Positions 1 to 10,111 are shown, counted from the stretch's first letter. The stretch: 64,000 nucleotides of DNA from Ignavibacteria bacterium (GCA_019694675.1 JAIBBK010000035.1:77579-141578), one strand, 5' to 3'. The notes: generated from the letters alone by a model not told the origin. A program made the numbers and translations.

Positions 1-1618
1 TATCCATCAGCTCGATGGGATCAACGTAATTGCCAAGCGTTTTGGACATCTTCTGGCCTTTCGCATCTCTTACTATGGAATGGAAATAAACATCCCTGAA
101 CGGGATCTCCTTTCTGTATTCAAGCCCGGCCATGATCATTCTCGCCACCCAAAGGAAAATTATCTCGGCACCGGTTGAAAGAAAATCCGTAGGGTAATAA
201 TAGTTGAGATTTTCATTCTTGCTGTCGTTCTCATTATTCTCCCAGCCAAATACGCTGAGCGGCCATAGCCATGATGAAAACCATGTGTCAAGCACGTCTT
301 CGTCCTGCCTCCAGTTTCCGGCATCATCCGGCGGATTCACATCGCAATAGATCTCTCCTGTATCCTTTCTGTACCAGATCGGTATCTGATGTCCCCACCA
401 CAGCTGACGCGAGATACACCAGTCACGTATATGGTCCATCCAGTGGTTATAGACCTTTACATATCTTTCCGGATAAAATCTGACTTTCCCGGAGTTGACG
501 GCATCAATTGCAGGATCAGCAAGCTTCTTCATATGTACAAACCACTGCTCCGAAAGCAATGGCTCGATAATCGCCTTGGTTCTGTCGGACAATGCAACAT
601 TATGAACATAGTCTTCGGTCTTCACTAAAAGGCCTTCAGCTTCAAGCCTCTTAACAACCCTCTTCCGGGCCTCAATTACATCCAACCCCGCAAACTCTCC
701 GGCATGTTCATTCAGCCTGCAGTCCTTAGTGAATATATTCAGTTGTTCGAGTCCGTGCCGCTCACCCACCTCAAAATCATTGTAATCATGTCCCGGTGTG
801 ATCTTGAGTGCCCCCGTGCCGAATTCCATTTCCACGTAGGTGTCTTCTATTACAGGTACAAATTTGTTTACCAAAGGCAGTTTAACTTTCTTATTTTTAT
901 ATTGGTTGAACCGCCTATCATTAGGATTAACTGCAACAGCTGTATCACCGAAAATTGTCTCCGGACGAGTTGTGGCAACAGTTATGAAATCATCCGAATT
1001 CTCCACAAAATACTTGACAAAATACAGTTTATCTGTTCTTTCTTCATAGAAGATCTCATCGTCGCTTACTGCAGTTCCGGAAACAGGGTCCCAGTTTACA
1101 ATTCTGTGCCCTTTGTAGATCAGGCCTTTTCTGTACAGGTCAACGAACACTTTTCTTACATTCAGAGAGAGTCCATCATCAAGAGTAAATCTTTCCTTAG
1201 ACCAATCAACAGAAGCTCCGAGTTTTTTCAACTGTTTCTGTATTGTTCCTCCGTTCTTCTCCTTCCACTCCCACACCAGTTTCACAAACTCTTCACGCCC
1301 CAATTGCTCCTTTGTCTTTCCCTGTCTGGCCAGGTCCTTCTCAACCATAACCTGAGTTGCTATTCCAGCATGGTCCATTCCCGGCACCCAGCAGACTTCA
1401 TATCCTTCCAGTCTTTTCATTCTGCAATAGACATCCTGGATGGTATTGTTCAGCATATGGCCGGTGTGCAAAATTCCGGTTACGTTTGGGGGAGGTATGA
1501 CGACTGAGAATTTCGGTTTCCCGGGTTTAGGAGTGGAGTCATACAACTTTCCCCTGTCCCAGAAGTCTCTCCATTTTTGTTCTATTGTAAGGAAGTCAAA
1601 GTTCTTTGGGAAATCCAT
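1..1618 (-). CDS. valS: valine--tRNA ligase, N-terminal ~539 codons; the gene runs off the left edge of the window
   Basis: The minus-strand frame is open from ATG at 1618 to position 1. It is absent from the ORF track because there is no stop in the window. My translation starts MDFPKNFDFLTIEQKWRDFWDRGKLY, contains PPPNVTGILHTGHMLN (HIGH-type motif), WCISRQLWWGH and KMSKTLGN (KMSKS). Confidence 0.9.
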   Translation of the reverse strand, partial: MDFPKNFDFLTIEQKWRDFWDRGKLYDSTPKPGKPKFSVVIPPPNVTGILHTGHMLNNTIQDVYCRMKRLEGYEVCWVPGMDHAGIATQVMVEKDLARQGKTKEQLGREEFVKLVWEWKEKNGGTIQKQLKKLGASVDWSKERFTLDDGLSLNVRKVFVDLYRKGLIYKGHRIVNWDPVSGTAVSDDEIFYEERTDKLYFVKYFVENSDDFITVATTRPETIFGDTAVAVNPNDRRFNQYKNKKVKLPLVNKFVPVIEDTYVEMEFGTGALKITPGHDYNDFEVGERHGLEQLNIFTKDCRLNEHAGEFAGLDVIEARKRVVKRLEAEGLLVKTEDYVHNVALSDRTKAIIEPLLSEQWFVHMKKLADPAIDAVNSGKVRFYPERYVKVYNHWMDHIRDWCISRQLWWGHQIPIWYRKDTGEIYCDVNPPDDAGNWRQDEDVLDTWFSSWLWPLSVFGWENNENDSKNENLNYYYPTDFLSTGAEIIFLWVARMIMAGLEYRKEIPFRDVYFHSIVRDAKGQKMSKTLGNYVDPIELMD

Positions 1619-1624
1619 AGTCTG

Positions 1625-2410
1625 TCAGACAGTCTCCTTTGCTCGTTTATTGTTTTTTGTAATTATCTCTTCAGCGAGATTAAGATAAGCCATGCAACCC
1701 TCCGAATTGACCCTGTAAAGGCACAGAGGTTTGCTGTAGAAGCTCGCTTCATTAAGCAGATTTGTATTTGGAATAGATGTTGAAAGAAGATACTGGCCGT
1801 GTTTCATCTTCAGCTCTCTTTCAGAGATCTTCGATACTCTTGAATCCTTTTCGTACATAGTCATGAGGATTCCTTCAATCCGCAGGTCAGGGTTAGCAAC
1901 CTCTCGTATCCAGTTGTAAAACTCTATGAGTCTGTCAACTGCATCAAGTGAAAAATGTCCCGGTTTGATCGGAATCAGAATGCTGTCGGAAGCTACAAGC
2001 GCCGCTGTTGACATACCTCTGAGAGATGGCGGACAGTCAATGATAATGAATTCATAGAACTCAAGTATTCCCTGAAGTGCATTCTTCAGTATCAACCTGT
2101 TTTCCGAAAACTTATGAAACTTATCCTGTGAATTTGATGTGTCAGCGGTCGAAGGCACGAAATCCAGGTATTTCAGGTCTGTCCTGTGGATTGCGGCACC
2201 GACTGAATGAGTGAAAGAAAAAACCTCAGCAAGGCTTGCCTTTATCTTGTCTGACGTAAATCCGAGTGCAATTGCAGAGCCTCCGAACGGATCAACATCT
2301 ATAAGCAGGGTCTTTCTTTCGGCAACAGCAAGCGATGAAGCAAGATTAACGGCTGTAGTTGTCTTGCCAACACCTCCCTTGGGCACACATACTGATATTA
2401 TTCTGCTCAT
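1625..2410 (-). CDS. parA: ParA/Soj-family P-loop ATPase, orphan (no parB nearby)
   Basis: 261 aa. Deviant Walker A KGGVGKTTTAVNLA near the N-terminus and an IIIDCPPS Walker B-like segment. The ATG directly abuts the pyrC stop (TGAATG), and the gene ends 6 nt before the valS start. Confidence 0.85.
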   Translation of the reverse strand: MSRIISVCVPKGGVGKTTTAVNLASSLAVAERKTLLIDVDPFGGSAIALGFTSDKIKASLAEVFSFTHSVGAAIHRTDLKYLDFVPSTADTSNSQDKFHKFSENRLILKNALQGILEFYEFIIIDCPPSLRGMSTAALVASDSILIPIKPGHFSLDAVDRLIEFYNWIREVANPDLRIEGILMTMYEKDSRVSKISERELKMKHGQYLLSTSIPNTNLLNEASFYSKPLCLYRVNSEGCMAYLNLAEEIITKNNKRAKETV

Positions 2411-3691
2411 TCAGAGTTTGGTATGATACAACTTGTTGTTATTAATAACCATGAACGGCTTACCGGTGAGCCTGTAGCCATCAAACGGTGTGTTCTTGCT
2501 TCTGGATCTGAAATTCTTCTTCTTTACTGTCCACTTTGCATTAAGATCGAGAATGCTCAGGTTCGCCTTCTCTCCGGGCCGAATGCTTATTCTCCCGAGG
2601 TTCAGGATCTTCCTCGGATTCACAGACATCTTCTCAATCACCTGACTGAGACTCAATATGCCTTCCTTAACAAGATAAGTATATGCAAGGCCAAAGGCAG
2701 TTTCAAGTCCGATTATGCCAAACGGCGCATCAACAAACCCCTGAGACTTTTCGTGCTCGGTATGCGGAGCATGATCCGTGCAAATGACATCAATAGTTCC
2801 GTCTGCCAAACCTTCAATTATTGCGCTGACATCCTCCCTTGTCCTCAAAGGAGGATTCATTTTGAAATTCGTGTCATAATCAATGCATCCGGAATCGGTG
2901 AGAATGAAGTGGTGCGGGCACGCTTCACCGGTAACACTAAGTCCCCTGTCCTTTGCATATTTCAGGAGTGAGACGCTTCCCGCACATGACATATGCTGAA
3001 TATGATAGTGCGAGCCATTGACATAGGAACAGATCTCAATGTCCCTTGCAATAACAGATGTTTCGCTGACTGAAGGTATTCCTCTGAGTCCTGTAACTGT
3101 AGATACGAATCCTTCATTCATCACTCCATTGTTTGAGAGCTTCAGATCTTCGCAGTGCTGAATCACCGGCAGCCCCGTTTGCGCACCGTATTCAAAAACC
3201 CGTCTCAATAACCCGGGATCCTGCACGGGACTCCCGTCATCGGTAAGTGCACGCGCCCCGGCAGCCGCAAGGCTGAGAATTGGAGAGAGTTCTTCACCTC
3301 CCCTGTTTCTGCTGGCACACACTGAATACTCAACATCAACGATGCCTGAACTTCCCTTGCTTAGCAGATCTCTTAAGAGAACGGGATTATCAATCGGAGG
3401 AGATGTATTTGGCATACACAGAACTCCCGTGAAACCTCCGTTTGCAGCAGCTTCAGATCCTGTATCTATTGACTCCTTATGCGTCTGGCCCGGTTCCCTG
3501 AAGTGTACATGCATATCAAACAATCCGGGAACGACCGCCTTTCCCTTAAGATCGACCTCTTCAATAGTCTTCTTTGCCGCAAGTGATTTTCTGATATCCT
3601 TTATGACACCGTTAACTATGAGAATATCCGCATCAATATCGAGACCGTCTGCGGGTGAAACAATCCGCGCATTCCTGAGGATCAGTTTCAT
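2411..3691 (-). CDS. pyrC: dihydroorotase
   Basis: 426 aa. Amidohydrolase metal motifs DMHVHFREPG and ICTDHAPH. ATGA overlap with the pyrB stop. Confidence 0.85.
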   Translation of the reverse strand: MKLILRNARIVSPADGLDIDADILIVNGVIKDIRKSLAAKKTIEEVDLKGKAVVPGLFDMHVHFREPGQTHKESIDTGSEAAANGGFTGVLCMPNTSPPIDNPVLLRDLLSKGSSGIVDVEYSVCASRNRGGEELSPILSLAAAGARALTDDGSPVQDPGLLRRVFEYGAQTGLPVIQHCEDLKLSNNGVMNEGFVSTVTGLRGIPSVSETSVIARDIEICSYVNGSHYHIQHMSCAGSVSLLKYAKDRGLSVTGEACPHHFILTDSGCIDYDTNFKMNPPLRTREDVSAIIEGLADGTIDVICTDHAPHTEHEKSQGFVDAPFGIIGLETAFGLAYTYLVKEGILSLSQVIEKMSVNPRKILNLGRISIRPGEKANLSILDLNAKWTVKKKNFRSRSKNTPFDGYRLTGKPFMVINNNKLYHTKL

Positions 3692-4608
3692 TTCACTTTC
3701 CTTTCGGCAAATTCGCTTATGACTGCGAGCCTTACGGCAAGGCCGTTAGTGACCTGTTCAAAGATCAGTGAGTTCTTTGACTCCGCAATGCGGCTGTCAA
3801 GTTCGACATTTATGTTCATTGGTCCGGGATGCAGAATCCTGATCTTCGGATTTACGGACAGCCTCTCCAACGTCATGCCATAAAACCTGTTGAATTCACG
3901 AAGAGACGGAAGAAGCCTGCCTGCATCCCTTTCGAGCTGTACCCGAAGCAGGTTCAGAGCATCATGATCTTTCAGGGCATCATCAATGTCTTCGTAAACA
4001 TCCACGTTCAAACCTTCTATTGCTGAAGGCAAAAACGGCCTTGGTGCACAAACCGATACCTTTGCGCCAAGTTTTGTCAGCCCGTGTATGTTAGACATTG
4101 CCACCCTGCTATGGGAAATGTCTCCGACAATGCAAACCCGCAGTCCTTCTATTCTTCCAAATGATCTCTTAAGAGTAAGGATATCCAGCAAACCCTGCGT
4201 CGGATGTTCAGCAGCGCCGTCACCTGCATTTATCACGCTTCCCTGAACTGTTTCGCTTATCAGTTTCGGCACACCGGGAACTTCATGTCTTACAATGAAA
4301 ATGTCGAACTTCATTGCTTCAAGATTCTTTACTGTGTCGAGCAATGATTCCCCTTTTGCAATTGAAGATCCTTCGCCCGTAAAGTTTACACTGCTATGTC
4401 CAAGCATCTTTGCCGCGAGCTCAAAAGAAACGCGTGTTCTTGTGGAGTTCTCAAAGAACAGATTGAGGATTCTGGAAGGTTTGGTGGGTTGCTTCGGAGT
4501 ATCATTCCTGTCAATCATCTTTCTGAAATGGTCAGACTTGTCAAGCAGTTGCTCGATCTGTTCCTTGGAGAGATATCTGAGTCCGAGAAGATTGTTGATC
4601 CTATCCAT
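3688..4608 (-). CDS. pyrB: aspartate carbamoyltransferase catalytic subunit
   Basis: The ORF extends to 4746, but its first 46 codons overlap mlaE. ATG at 4608 (MDRINNLLGLRYLS) gives a normal length. Motifs FFENSTRTRVSFE, HPTQ and HPGPMN. Confidence 0.9.
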   Translation of the reverse strand: MDRINNLLGLRYLSKEQIEQLLDKSDHFRKMIDRNDTPKQPTKPSRILNLFFENSTRTRVSFELAAKMLGHSSVNFTGEGSSIAKGESLLDTVKNLEAMKFDIFIVRHEVPGVPKLISETVQGSVINAGDGAAEHPTQGLLDILTLKRSFGRIEGLRVCIVGDISHSRVAMSNIHGLTKLGAKVSVCAPRPFLPSAIEGLNVDVYEDIDDALKDHDALNLLRVQLERDAGRLLPSLREFNRFYGMTLERLSVNPKIRILHPGPMNINVELDSRIAESKNSLIFEQVTNGLAVRLAVISEFAERKVK

Positions 4609-4613
4609 TCCGG

Positions 4614-5390
4614 TTACATTCCAATTAAGAAATTCCACAAGACGTAGTCCAGTATAAGAATTGAAGCAGCTGCAATAACAAAGGCCTTGATCGTTGAAAG
4701 TCCCACGCCTTCCGCACCTCCGCTGGTCTGGAACCCTATATAACAACCTATTGAAGAGATGGACAAGCCAAAGAACAATGCCTTAATGGTTGCGGCATAT
4801 ACATCCTTGGCTTCAAATGCAGTCTTAAAGCCGGAAAGAAACGTGTCCGACGGAACTCCTAGAAAAACCGTTGCAACAGTGAAAGAACCGAGGATTGCAA
4901 TTGTACTGGAATAAATGACCAGTACGGGAAGCATGAGTGTGGTTGCCGTTATTCTCGGCATTGCCAGATATCTTTCCGGGCTGATGGCCATTGCTTCAAG
5001 CGCGTCGATCTGCTCCGTGACCTTCATTGTGCCGAGCTCTGCAGCCATAGAGGCGCCTACTCTGCCTGCAAGAACAATTGCAGAAAGAACGGGCCCGAGT
5101 TCTATGATTATTGCTTTTGTAGTTGCAGAACCAAGATAGCTGAAAGAGATAAGCCCCTTGATCTGATATGCAGCCTGCCAGCAAGAAACAGCACCCGTGA
5201 ACAATCCGATGATGCTGACAAGTACAAGAGAATTGACGCCGACATGTTCCATTTGCTCAATGATCAGCTTGCGGTCTCTTATTACTCTTTTCAGACTGAG
5301 GATGACGTCAAGCATCATGCGTGAATATTCCCCCAGTTCAGAAAAGAACTGAAGAAACTTTCTTCCGATCATAGAAATCAGTCTTCTCAC
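4614..5390 (-). CDS. mlaE: MlaE/Ttg2B-type ABC transporter permease
   Basis: 258 aa, polytopic. Contains GPVLSAIVLAGRVGASMAAELGTMKVTEQIDALEAM, typical of MlaE. No mlaF or mlaD is adjacent. Confidence 0.8.
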   Translation of the reverse strand: MRRLISMIGRKFLQFFSELGEYSRMMLDVILSLKRVIRDRKLIIEQMEHVGVNSLVLVSIIGLFTGAVSCWQAAYQIKGLISFSYLGSATTKAIIIELGPVLSAIVLAGRVGASMAAELGTMKVTEQIDALEAMAISPERYLAMPRITATTLMLPVLVIYSSTIAILGSFTVATVFLGVPSDTFLSGFKTAFEAKDVYAATIKALFFGLSISSIGCYIGFQTSGGAEGVGLSTIKAFVIAAASILILDYVLWNFLIGM

Positions 5391-5412
5391 TGTTCAGTAA
5401 TTCAGAATTAAT

Positions 5413-6717
5413 TCAGTAAGTTTTCAAACGCTGTACCTTGACCTGCAAAAGTTTGTTGCCCGACTTCTTCATAACAGTCATCATAAGGTCCCTGAAATCA
5501 ACACGCTCAAAAAGTTCCGGAACATGGCCGGTAACAGTATGAAGGAATCCGCTTAGGGTTGTATACTGTTCAGTGTCAACAGGTATGTCAGCTCTGAACT
5601 GTTCATTGAACTCTTCAACGGTCATGTTAGGATTCACAGTGAACACGCCCTTCTTTTCACCTGATACCATGTCAATATCAGTATCATATTCATCTTCGAT
5701 CTCTCCGACCATTTCTTCAATGATATCTTCGAGCGTTATGAGTCCTTCAACACCGCCATGTTCATTACTTACTATTCCCAGGTGTATCCTCTTTTTCTGC
5801 ATTTGTCTGAGGAGGTCACCTATATGCACTGTTTCAGTAACAAAAAAAGCAGGACGAATGATATCCTGTAAGACAATTATTTCCCTGTGTTCAGCAGCAC
5901 TTATCAGATCCTTTGAATAAATGATACCGATGATGTTGTCAATTCCGTCTTTATAAACAGGAATTCTCGAGTATCCCTCCTCAATCACTTTCTCAATGAT
6001 CTTTTCCCTGCTTTCGTCAATGTCAATTGCAAACATTTGATTCCTAGGGATCATTACCTCCTTCGCAGTCTTGTCATTGAAGTCAAAGACCCTTTGAATT
6101 ATCTGCGATTCAATCTTGTCGATCCTCCCGGACATTGTTCCTTCAGAAATGAGAGTCTTGATCTCCTCCTCAGAATGCGATCTCTCGGATTCGGTGACAG
6201 GGTCAATACCGATCAGCTTCAGGATGTAATTTGCAGTGCCGTTAAGCAGCCAAATGGCAGGCTTGAAGATCACATAAAACAGATTAAGCGGCCATGCAAC
6301 GAACAGGGTGGTAGATTTCGGATAACGGATTGCAAGAGATTTAGGGGCCAGTTCACCAATGATTATATGAAGAAAAGTTATGAAGGCAAAACCGACGCCC
6401 ATAGAAATTGTCCGTACTGTAGCGGGGTTACTGATTCCAACGAAATTCAGGAACGGTTCCAGTATTCTCGATGTGACCGGTTCGCCAATCCATCCAAGAC
6501 CAAGTGAAGCAATTGTAATTCCGAACTGCGTTGCGGCAAGATAAGAGTCAAGGTTTGTAACAAGCTTTATTGCGAGCTTTGACCTTTTCCCTGCTTCAGG
6601 ATCAAGCTGGGTTTTTCTGATTTTTACAATTGCAAATTCGCCGGCTACAAAAAGCGCATTCAGGAATACGAAGAACAGAAGCAGCAACAGGTCAAACAGT
6701 ATAGACTTAACTTCCAT
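5413..6717 (-). CDS. CNNM/HlyC-CorC family membrane protein (DUF21 + CBS pair + CorC_HlyC domain)
   Basis: 434 aa. N-terminal TM region, central CBS-like region and a C-terminal GGVEGLITLEDIIEEMVGEIEDEYD segment. Confidence 0.8.
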   Translation of the reverse strand: MEVKSILFDLLLLLFFVFLNALFVAGEFAIVKIRKTQLDPEAGKRSKLAIKLVTNLDSYLAATQFGITIASLGLGWIGEPVTSRILEPFLNFVGISNPATVRTISMGVGFAFITFLHIIIGELAPKSLAIRYPKSTTLFVAWPLNLFYVIFKPAIWLLNGTANYILKLIGIDPVTESERSHSEEEIKTLISEGTMSGRIDKIESQIIQRVFDFNDKTAKEVMIPRNQMFAIDIDESREKIIEKVIEEGYSRIPVYKDGIDNIIGIIYSKDLISAAEHREIIVLQDIIRPAFFVTETVHIGDLLRQMQKKRIHLGIVSNEHGGVEGLITLEDIIEEMVGEIEDEYDTDIDMVSGEKKGVFTVNPNMTVEEFNEQFRADIPVDTEQYTTLSGFLHTVTGHVPELFERVDFRDLMMTVMKKSGNKLLQVKVQRLKTY

Positions 6718-6804
6718 TAATTAAATATACTTAAATGCGCCTGTATCTTCAATTTATTAGGGAATTGACGAAGGCCGGAAAGATGAAATGTTGAGAAAGT
6801 GATC

Positions 6805-7470
6805 TTATTTTGCAAAGATCATCTTTCTTATGTCTGATGAATATCCCGTCTCAAGTTTGTAGAAGTAAATGCCGCTTGAGAGTTCAGCATACTTTGCTGC
6901 ATTGAAAGCCACAGAATAGACACCGGGAGTATGAAAGCCGTCAACAAGCACATCAACATTCTGCCCGGTAAGGGAGTAAACGCTGATCCTAATGTTGGTG
7001 GCTACGAGAACTTCGTAAGGAATGACCGTTGACGGATTGAATGGATTCGGGTTGTTTTGCTTAAGCCTGAATTCGGGAACTTCTGTGATGCCTATCTTTA
7101 TGACACTGGCCGGAGCAACTTCGTTTCCGGAGTTATTCATGGCAGAAAGAGAATAGTAGTAAACACCGTTCTCTTCGGGTGAGTCATTGCAGATGTAACT
7201 GTAAACAACAGAGGAATCAGTTTCGGATTTCTTTCTGAAATTAGCAAAAGGGACCTCACACACTTTTACATATTCCTCGTTTGAACTCTTCTTTTTTGAT
7301 ACAACGAATTTCGAAACATTTTCTGCATCTGTAATTTCCCATTTCAGGAGAAATTCATCTTTCTCAAATCCTGCATTGAAGTAACCAACCACATTCTTCT
7401 CCTGCGCCGTTACATTCAAATGCAGTAAGAACGTAAGAACTGCCAGCACTATTCCCGAAATCAATCTCAT
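6805..7470 (-). CDS. small secreted protein with a T9SS type-A C-terminal sorting domain
   Basis: 221 aa. Signal peptide [24 protein letters not shown]-terminal [18 protein letters not shown] ... SSGIYFYKL ... RKMIFAK. The ATG overlaps the nuoI stop (ATGA). Confidence 0.8.
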   Translation of the reverse strand: MRLISGIVLAVLTFLLHLNVTAQEKNVVGYFNAGFEKDEFLLKWEITDAENVSKFVVSKKKSSNEEYVKVCEVPFANFRKKSETDSSVVYSYICNDSPEENGVYYYSLSAMNNSGNEVAPASVIKIGITEVPEFRLKQNNPNPFNPSTVIPYEVLVATNIRISVYSLTGQNVDVLVDGFHTPGVYSVAFNAAKYAELSSGIYFYKLETGYSSDIRKMIFAK

Positions 7471-7958
7471 CTGCTTTCCTGCAGAAACTCAAGTCTCTTT
7501 CTCAACCTGTCCTTGGACATGAGAAGTTTGTCCTTTCCAAAGACCGCCTCTTCCTGGCTGGTAAATACCAGCTCGTATTCATCGCTCATCACTATGGCCT
7601 CCTCAGGGCAAACCTCTTCACAAAATCCGCAGAATATGCAACGAACCATGTTGATCTCAAATTTCTCCGGGTATCTCTCTTTTTCCCTGTCTGTCTCACC
7701 GGCCTGTACTTCAATTGCCAAAGCGGGGCAGACCCTTGAGCATAGACCGCAAGCGACGCATCTTTCCGAACCGTCATCTTCCTGCACAAGTACGGGCCTT
7801 CCCCTGTATGAAGCGGGCGGCACCCACCTTTCCTCAGGGTATTGCCTTGTGAACTTGGGCCGGAAGATCTGCTTGAATGTGAGTCCGAGCCCTTTGACTA
7901 CCTGCGGTATATACGTATGCTCCAGAAATGTCAGATCCTTTTTCTTGGTGATGGCCAT
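7467..7958 (-). CDS. nuoI: NADH-quinone oxidoreductase subunit I-type 2x[4Fe-4S] protein, detached from any nuo operon
   Basis: 163 aa. [17 protein letters not shown] plus two ferredoxin motifs, [12 protein letters not shown] and [12 protein letters not shown]. Confidence 0.8.
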   Translation of the reverse strand: MAITKKKDLTFLEHTYIPQVVKGLGLTFKQIFRPKFTRQYPEERWVPPASYRGRPVLVQEDDGSERCVACGLCSRVCPALAIEVQAGETDREKERYPEKFEINMVRCIFCGFCEEVCPEEAIVMSDEYELVFTSQEEAVFGKDKLLMSKDRLRKRLEFLQESR

Positions 7959-8001
7959 TTGATGATAAGTTCAGATTTATGTTCGTGTGTGATTAGACAA
8001 C

Positions 8002-8748
8002 TTACTTAACGAGCAGCATTTTCCTTTTGTCACTGAAATTGCCGGCGTTAATCGAGTAAAAATATATCCCCGAAGACAATCCGCTTCCGGAAAAATCAAC
8101 CTTGTAAACCCCTGCACCGTATTTCACACCCGGAATCAGTTCATTCACCATCATTCCCAGTGAATTGTAGACCTTCAGACTTACAATCTCAGGCCTGGGT
8201 ATTGAGAAATTTATTGTAGTCGAAGGATTGAAGGGATTCGGGTAATTCTGAGACAATTCATATCCTTCTGCATTAGAGGAAATATTAGTGATCCCTACCC
8301 CGCCAATTTCCACTTTAAAAGTGTCCAGCACAAATTGCGACGGATTGTCAGTATTGTACATTTTGACTACTGAAGTTCCCAGTCCCTGTCCGTCACATGA
8401 GAAGTCAATGTAGAAGAGCGTATCGGTTTGCCCGGGCTGAAGAACATAAGGCGGATCAGAAGGCAATGAGATCGTATCAACAAAGGGCGCATAGCAAAGA
8501 TCGTAACACATCTGAGTGTACCAGTTTGCAGGCATATCATTGACAATCCTCGCAAACCTGAAATTAATAGGAGAAGATGACTGGCTTGAAACAATAGCCT
8601 GCCTCTTTACCACCTGAATTGAATCCGGAATGTACGGATAGTTAACATAAACCGGACCAAGGTTTCTGTATGTGAACCCCTGAGCATGTACATCCGTATT
8701 TGTTAACAGAAATAACAGAAGTATGGCAGAAAGTAGAGCTTTGATCAT
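8002..8748 (-). CDS. secreted hypothetical protein with a T9SS type-A sorting domain
   Basis: 248 aa. Signal peptide [42 protein letters not shown] ... SSGIYFYSI ... KRKMLLVK. Confidence 0.8.
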   Translation of the reverse strand: MIKALLSAILLLFLLTNTDVHAQGFTYRNLGPVYVNYPYIPDSIQVVKRQAIVSSQSSSPINFRFARIVNDMPANWYTQMCYDLCYAPFVDTISLPSDPPYVLQPGQTDTLFYIDFSCDGQGLGTSVVKMYNTDNPSQFVLDTFKVEIGGVGITNISSNAEGYELSQNYPNPFNPSTTINFSIPRPEIVSLKVYNSLGMMVNELIPGVKYGAGVYKVDFSGSGLSSGIYFYSINAGNFSDKRKMLLVK

Positions 8749-8775
8749 TATTGATTTTAGATTAGGTTTTCGAAA

Positions 8776-9270
8776 TCAGTTCAGCATTCCCTGCAAACGG
8801 TTAAAGCGCTGTTTGGCAAGGAGATAATCGGGACACAATTCAATGGACTTTCTGTATTCTTCAAGCGCTTCAAACCATAATCCCTTGTGCTCAAGGATCT
8901 TGCCAATATTGAAATGTGCAAATTGTTTGTTAGAGAACCTGTTTGCGTTGAGAGCCAGTTCAAGCCAGGTCATTGCTTCCTCAAATTTTCCCTGCTGTAT
9001 AAGATATGCGCCAATGTCGTTGTATGGATTTCCGTATTCCGGATCAAGCGAAATTGCTGTCTTGCATTCATCAATTGCTCTTTCATAATCACCGATAAAA
9101 CTGTATGTCCAGCCAAGGAATGTGTGCGCTTCAGGAGTGGGGTGGATCTTAAGAGATTTCTTGTAATTCAGAATAGCTTCTTCAAACTTTCCGTTCATTT
9201 GAAGCTGATAAGCCTTCAGAAGATATTCCTTTGATTTCTCGGATTGGGATTCGAAATTATTCTCTTTCAT
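8776..9270 (-). CDS. tetratricopeptide repeat protein
   Basis: 164 aa. Repeated 34-aa TPR-like units (AILNYKKSLKIHP, AIDECKTAISLDPEY, ALEEYRKSIELCPDY). No signal peptide. Confidence 0.75.
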   Translation of the reverse strand: MKENNFESQSEKSKEYLLKAYQLQMNGKFEEAILNYKKSLKIHPTPEAHTFLGWTYSFIGDYERAIDECKTAISLDPEYGNPYNDIGAYLIQQGKFEEAMTWLELALNANRFSNKQFAHFNIGKILEHKGLWFEALEEYRKSIELCPDYLLAKQRFNRLQGMLN

Positions 9271-9391
9271 TTCTCGTATTTTTCCACGGAAACGTACAAA
9301 TTGGGACTAAAGTTTCTTAAACAAACATAATCTATGACATTATTTATTTCAAGTTCTTTTGAGTATTTTGCACGCTGAATTATTCACAACC

Positions 9392-10111
9392 ATGAAGACT
9401 TGCATTATACTTGGCTCAGGACTCAGTCAACTGATGAATGAAGTCAAAAACAAGACAAAGCTCTACTCAGATGAACATGGATTTCATAAGGCTGAGGCCA
9501 TTTCAGGAAAGCTATTTGGTAAGGAAGTTGTATTGTTTACGGGCAGAAGGCACTTCTATGAAGGTTACTCGGCAGATGAGGTACTTTCCCTGATAAGAAT
9601 GGCCAGGGAGATGGATTGCAGGCTCGCCATCATAACAAACGCGGCAGGAGGGCTTAATCCTGAATTTGAAGTCTCGGACCTGATGGTAATTACTTCATTT
9701 CTGAATATGCTCAACAGGCAATTGCCATATTCCGGAAGGTCAAGTTATCTCAGTGACAGAACGACAAACATAATAAGGAATCACGGTATCAGGTTCGGAC
9801 TGGGACTCAGATTTGGAAATTATTGCTGTTGCAACGGACCAAGTTATGAAAGCAGGGCAGAAACCAGGATGTTAAGAAGATTTGGAATTGATGCTGTCGG
9901 CATGTCAACTGTTCCCGAGATGATCGAAGCAAAAAGGCTTGGAATGCAGGTGATCGGGATTTCGTGCATTTCCAACATGCTTTCGGAAAACGGAAATTTT
10001 GAAACAAGTCATGACGAAGTTCTGACCGCATGTGAAAAGTCATACGACAGTTTTTCCCTGCTGATTGAAAACATACTGAAAAAGCAAACATCATTTGCAG
10101 ATGCTGACTGA
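9392..10111 (+). CDS. purine nucleoside phosphorylase (trimeric PNP/MTAP family)
   Basis: Motifs GRRHFYEGY, ITNAAGGLNP, NGPSYESRAE and VGMSTVPE. ATG 9392 (MKTCIILGSGLS) is preferred over the TTG at 9359 used by the ORF track. Confidence 0.75.
   Translation: MKTCIILGSGLSQLMNEVKNKTKLYSDEHGFHKAEAISGKLFGKEVVLFTGRRHFYEGYSADEVLSLIRMAREMDCRLAIITNAAGGLNPEFEVSDLMVITSFLNMLNRQLPYSGRSSYLSDRTTNIIRNHGIRFGLGLRFGNYCCCNGPSYESRAETRMLRRFGIDAVGMSTVPEMIEAKRLGMQVIGISCISNMLSENGNFETSHDEVLTACEKSYDSFSLLIENILKKQTSFADAD

Noticed and set aside
704-1507. 267-aa plus-strand ORF (and the nested 840..1049 and 1440..1688 ORFs)
   Set aside because: It lies antisense to valS, whose minus-strand translation shows unambiguous HIGH and KMSKS motifs. 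The plus-strand product is low-complexity with no recognisable motif. It is a shadow ORF.
2423-2971. 182-aa plus-strand ORF; similar long antisense ORFs at 49161..49697, 56491..56979, 63137..63601 and 26324..26767
   Set aside because: Each lies wholly inside a well-supported gene on the other strand (pyrC, hbd, dprA, the multicopper oxidase, the PNGase-like gene) and has no motif content.
4609-4746. N-terminal extensions offered by the ORF track (pyrB 4609..4746; also 27467..27601, 27552..27629, 35847..35948, 49150..49185, 49937..50059, 25037..25081, 56157..56246)
   Set aside because: The extensions overlap upstream genes or lie ahead of an obvious signal peptide or canonical N-terminus. Internal ATG, TTG or GTG starts give family-typical proteins.
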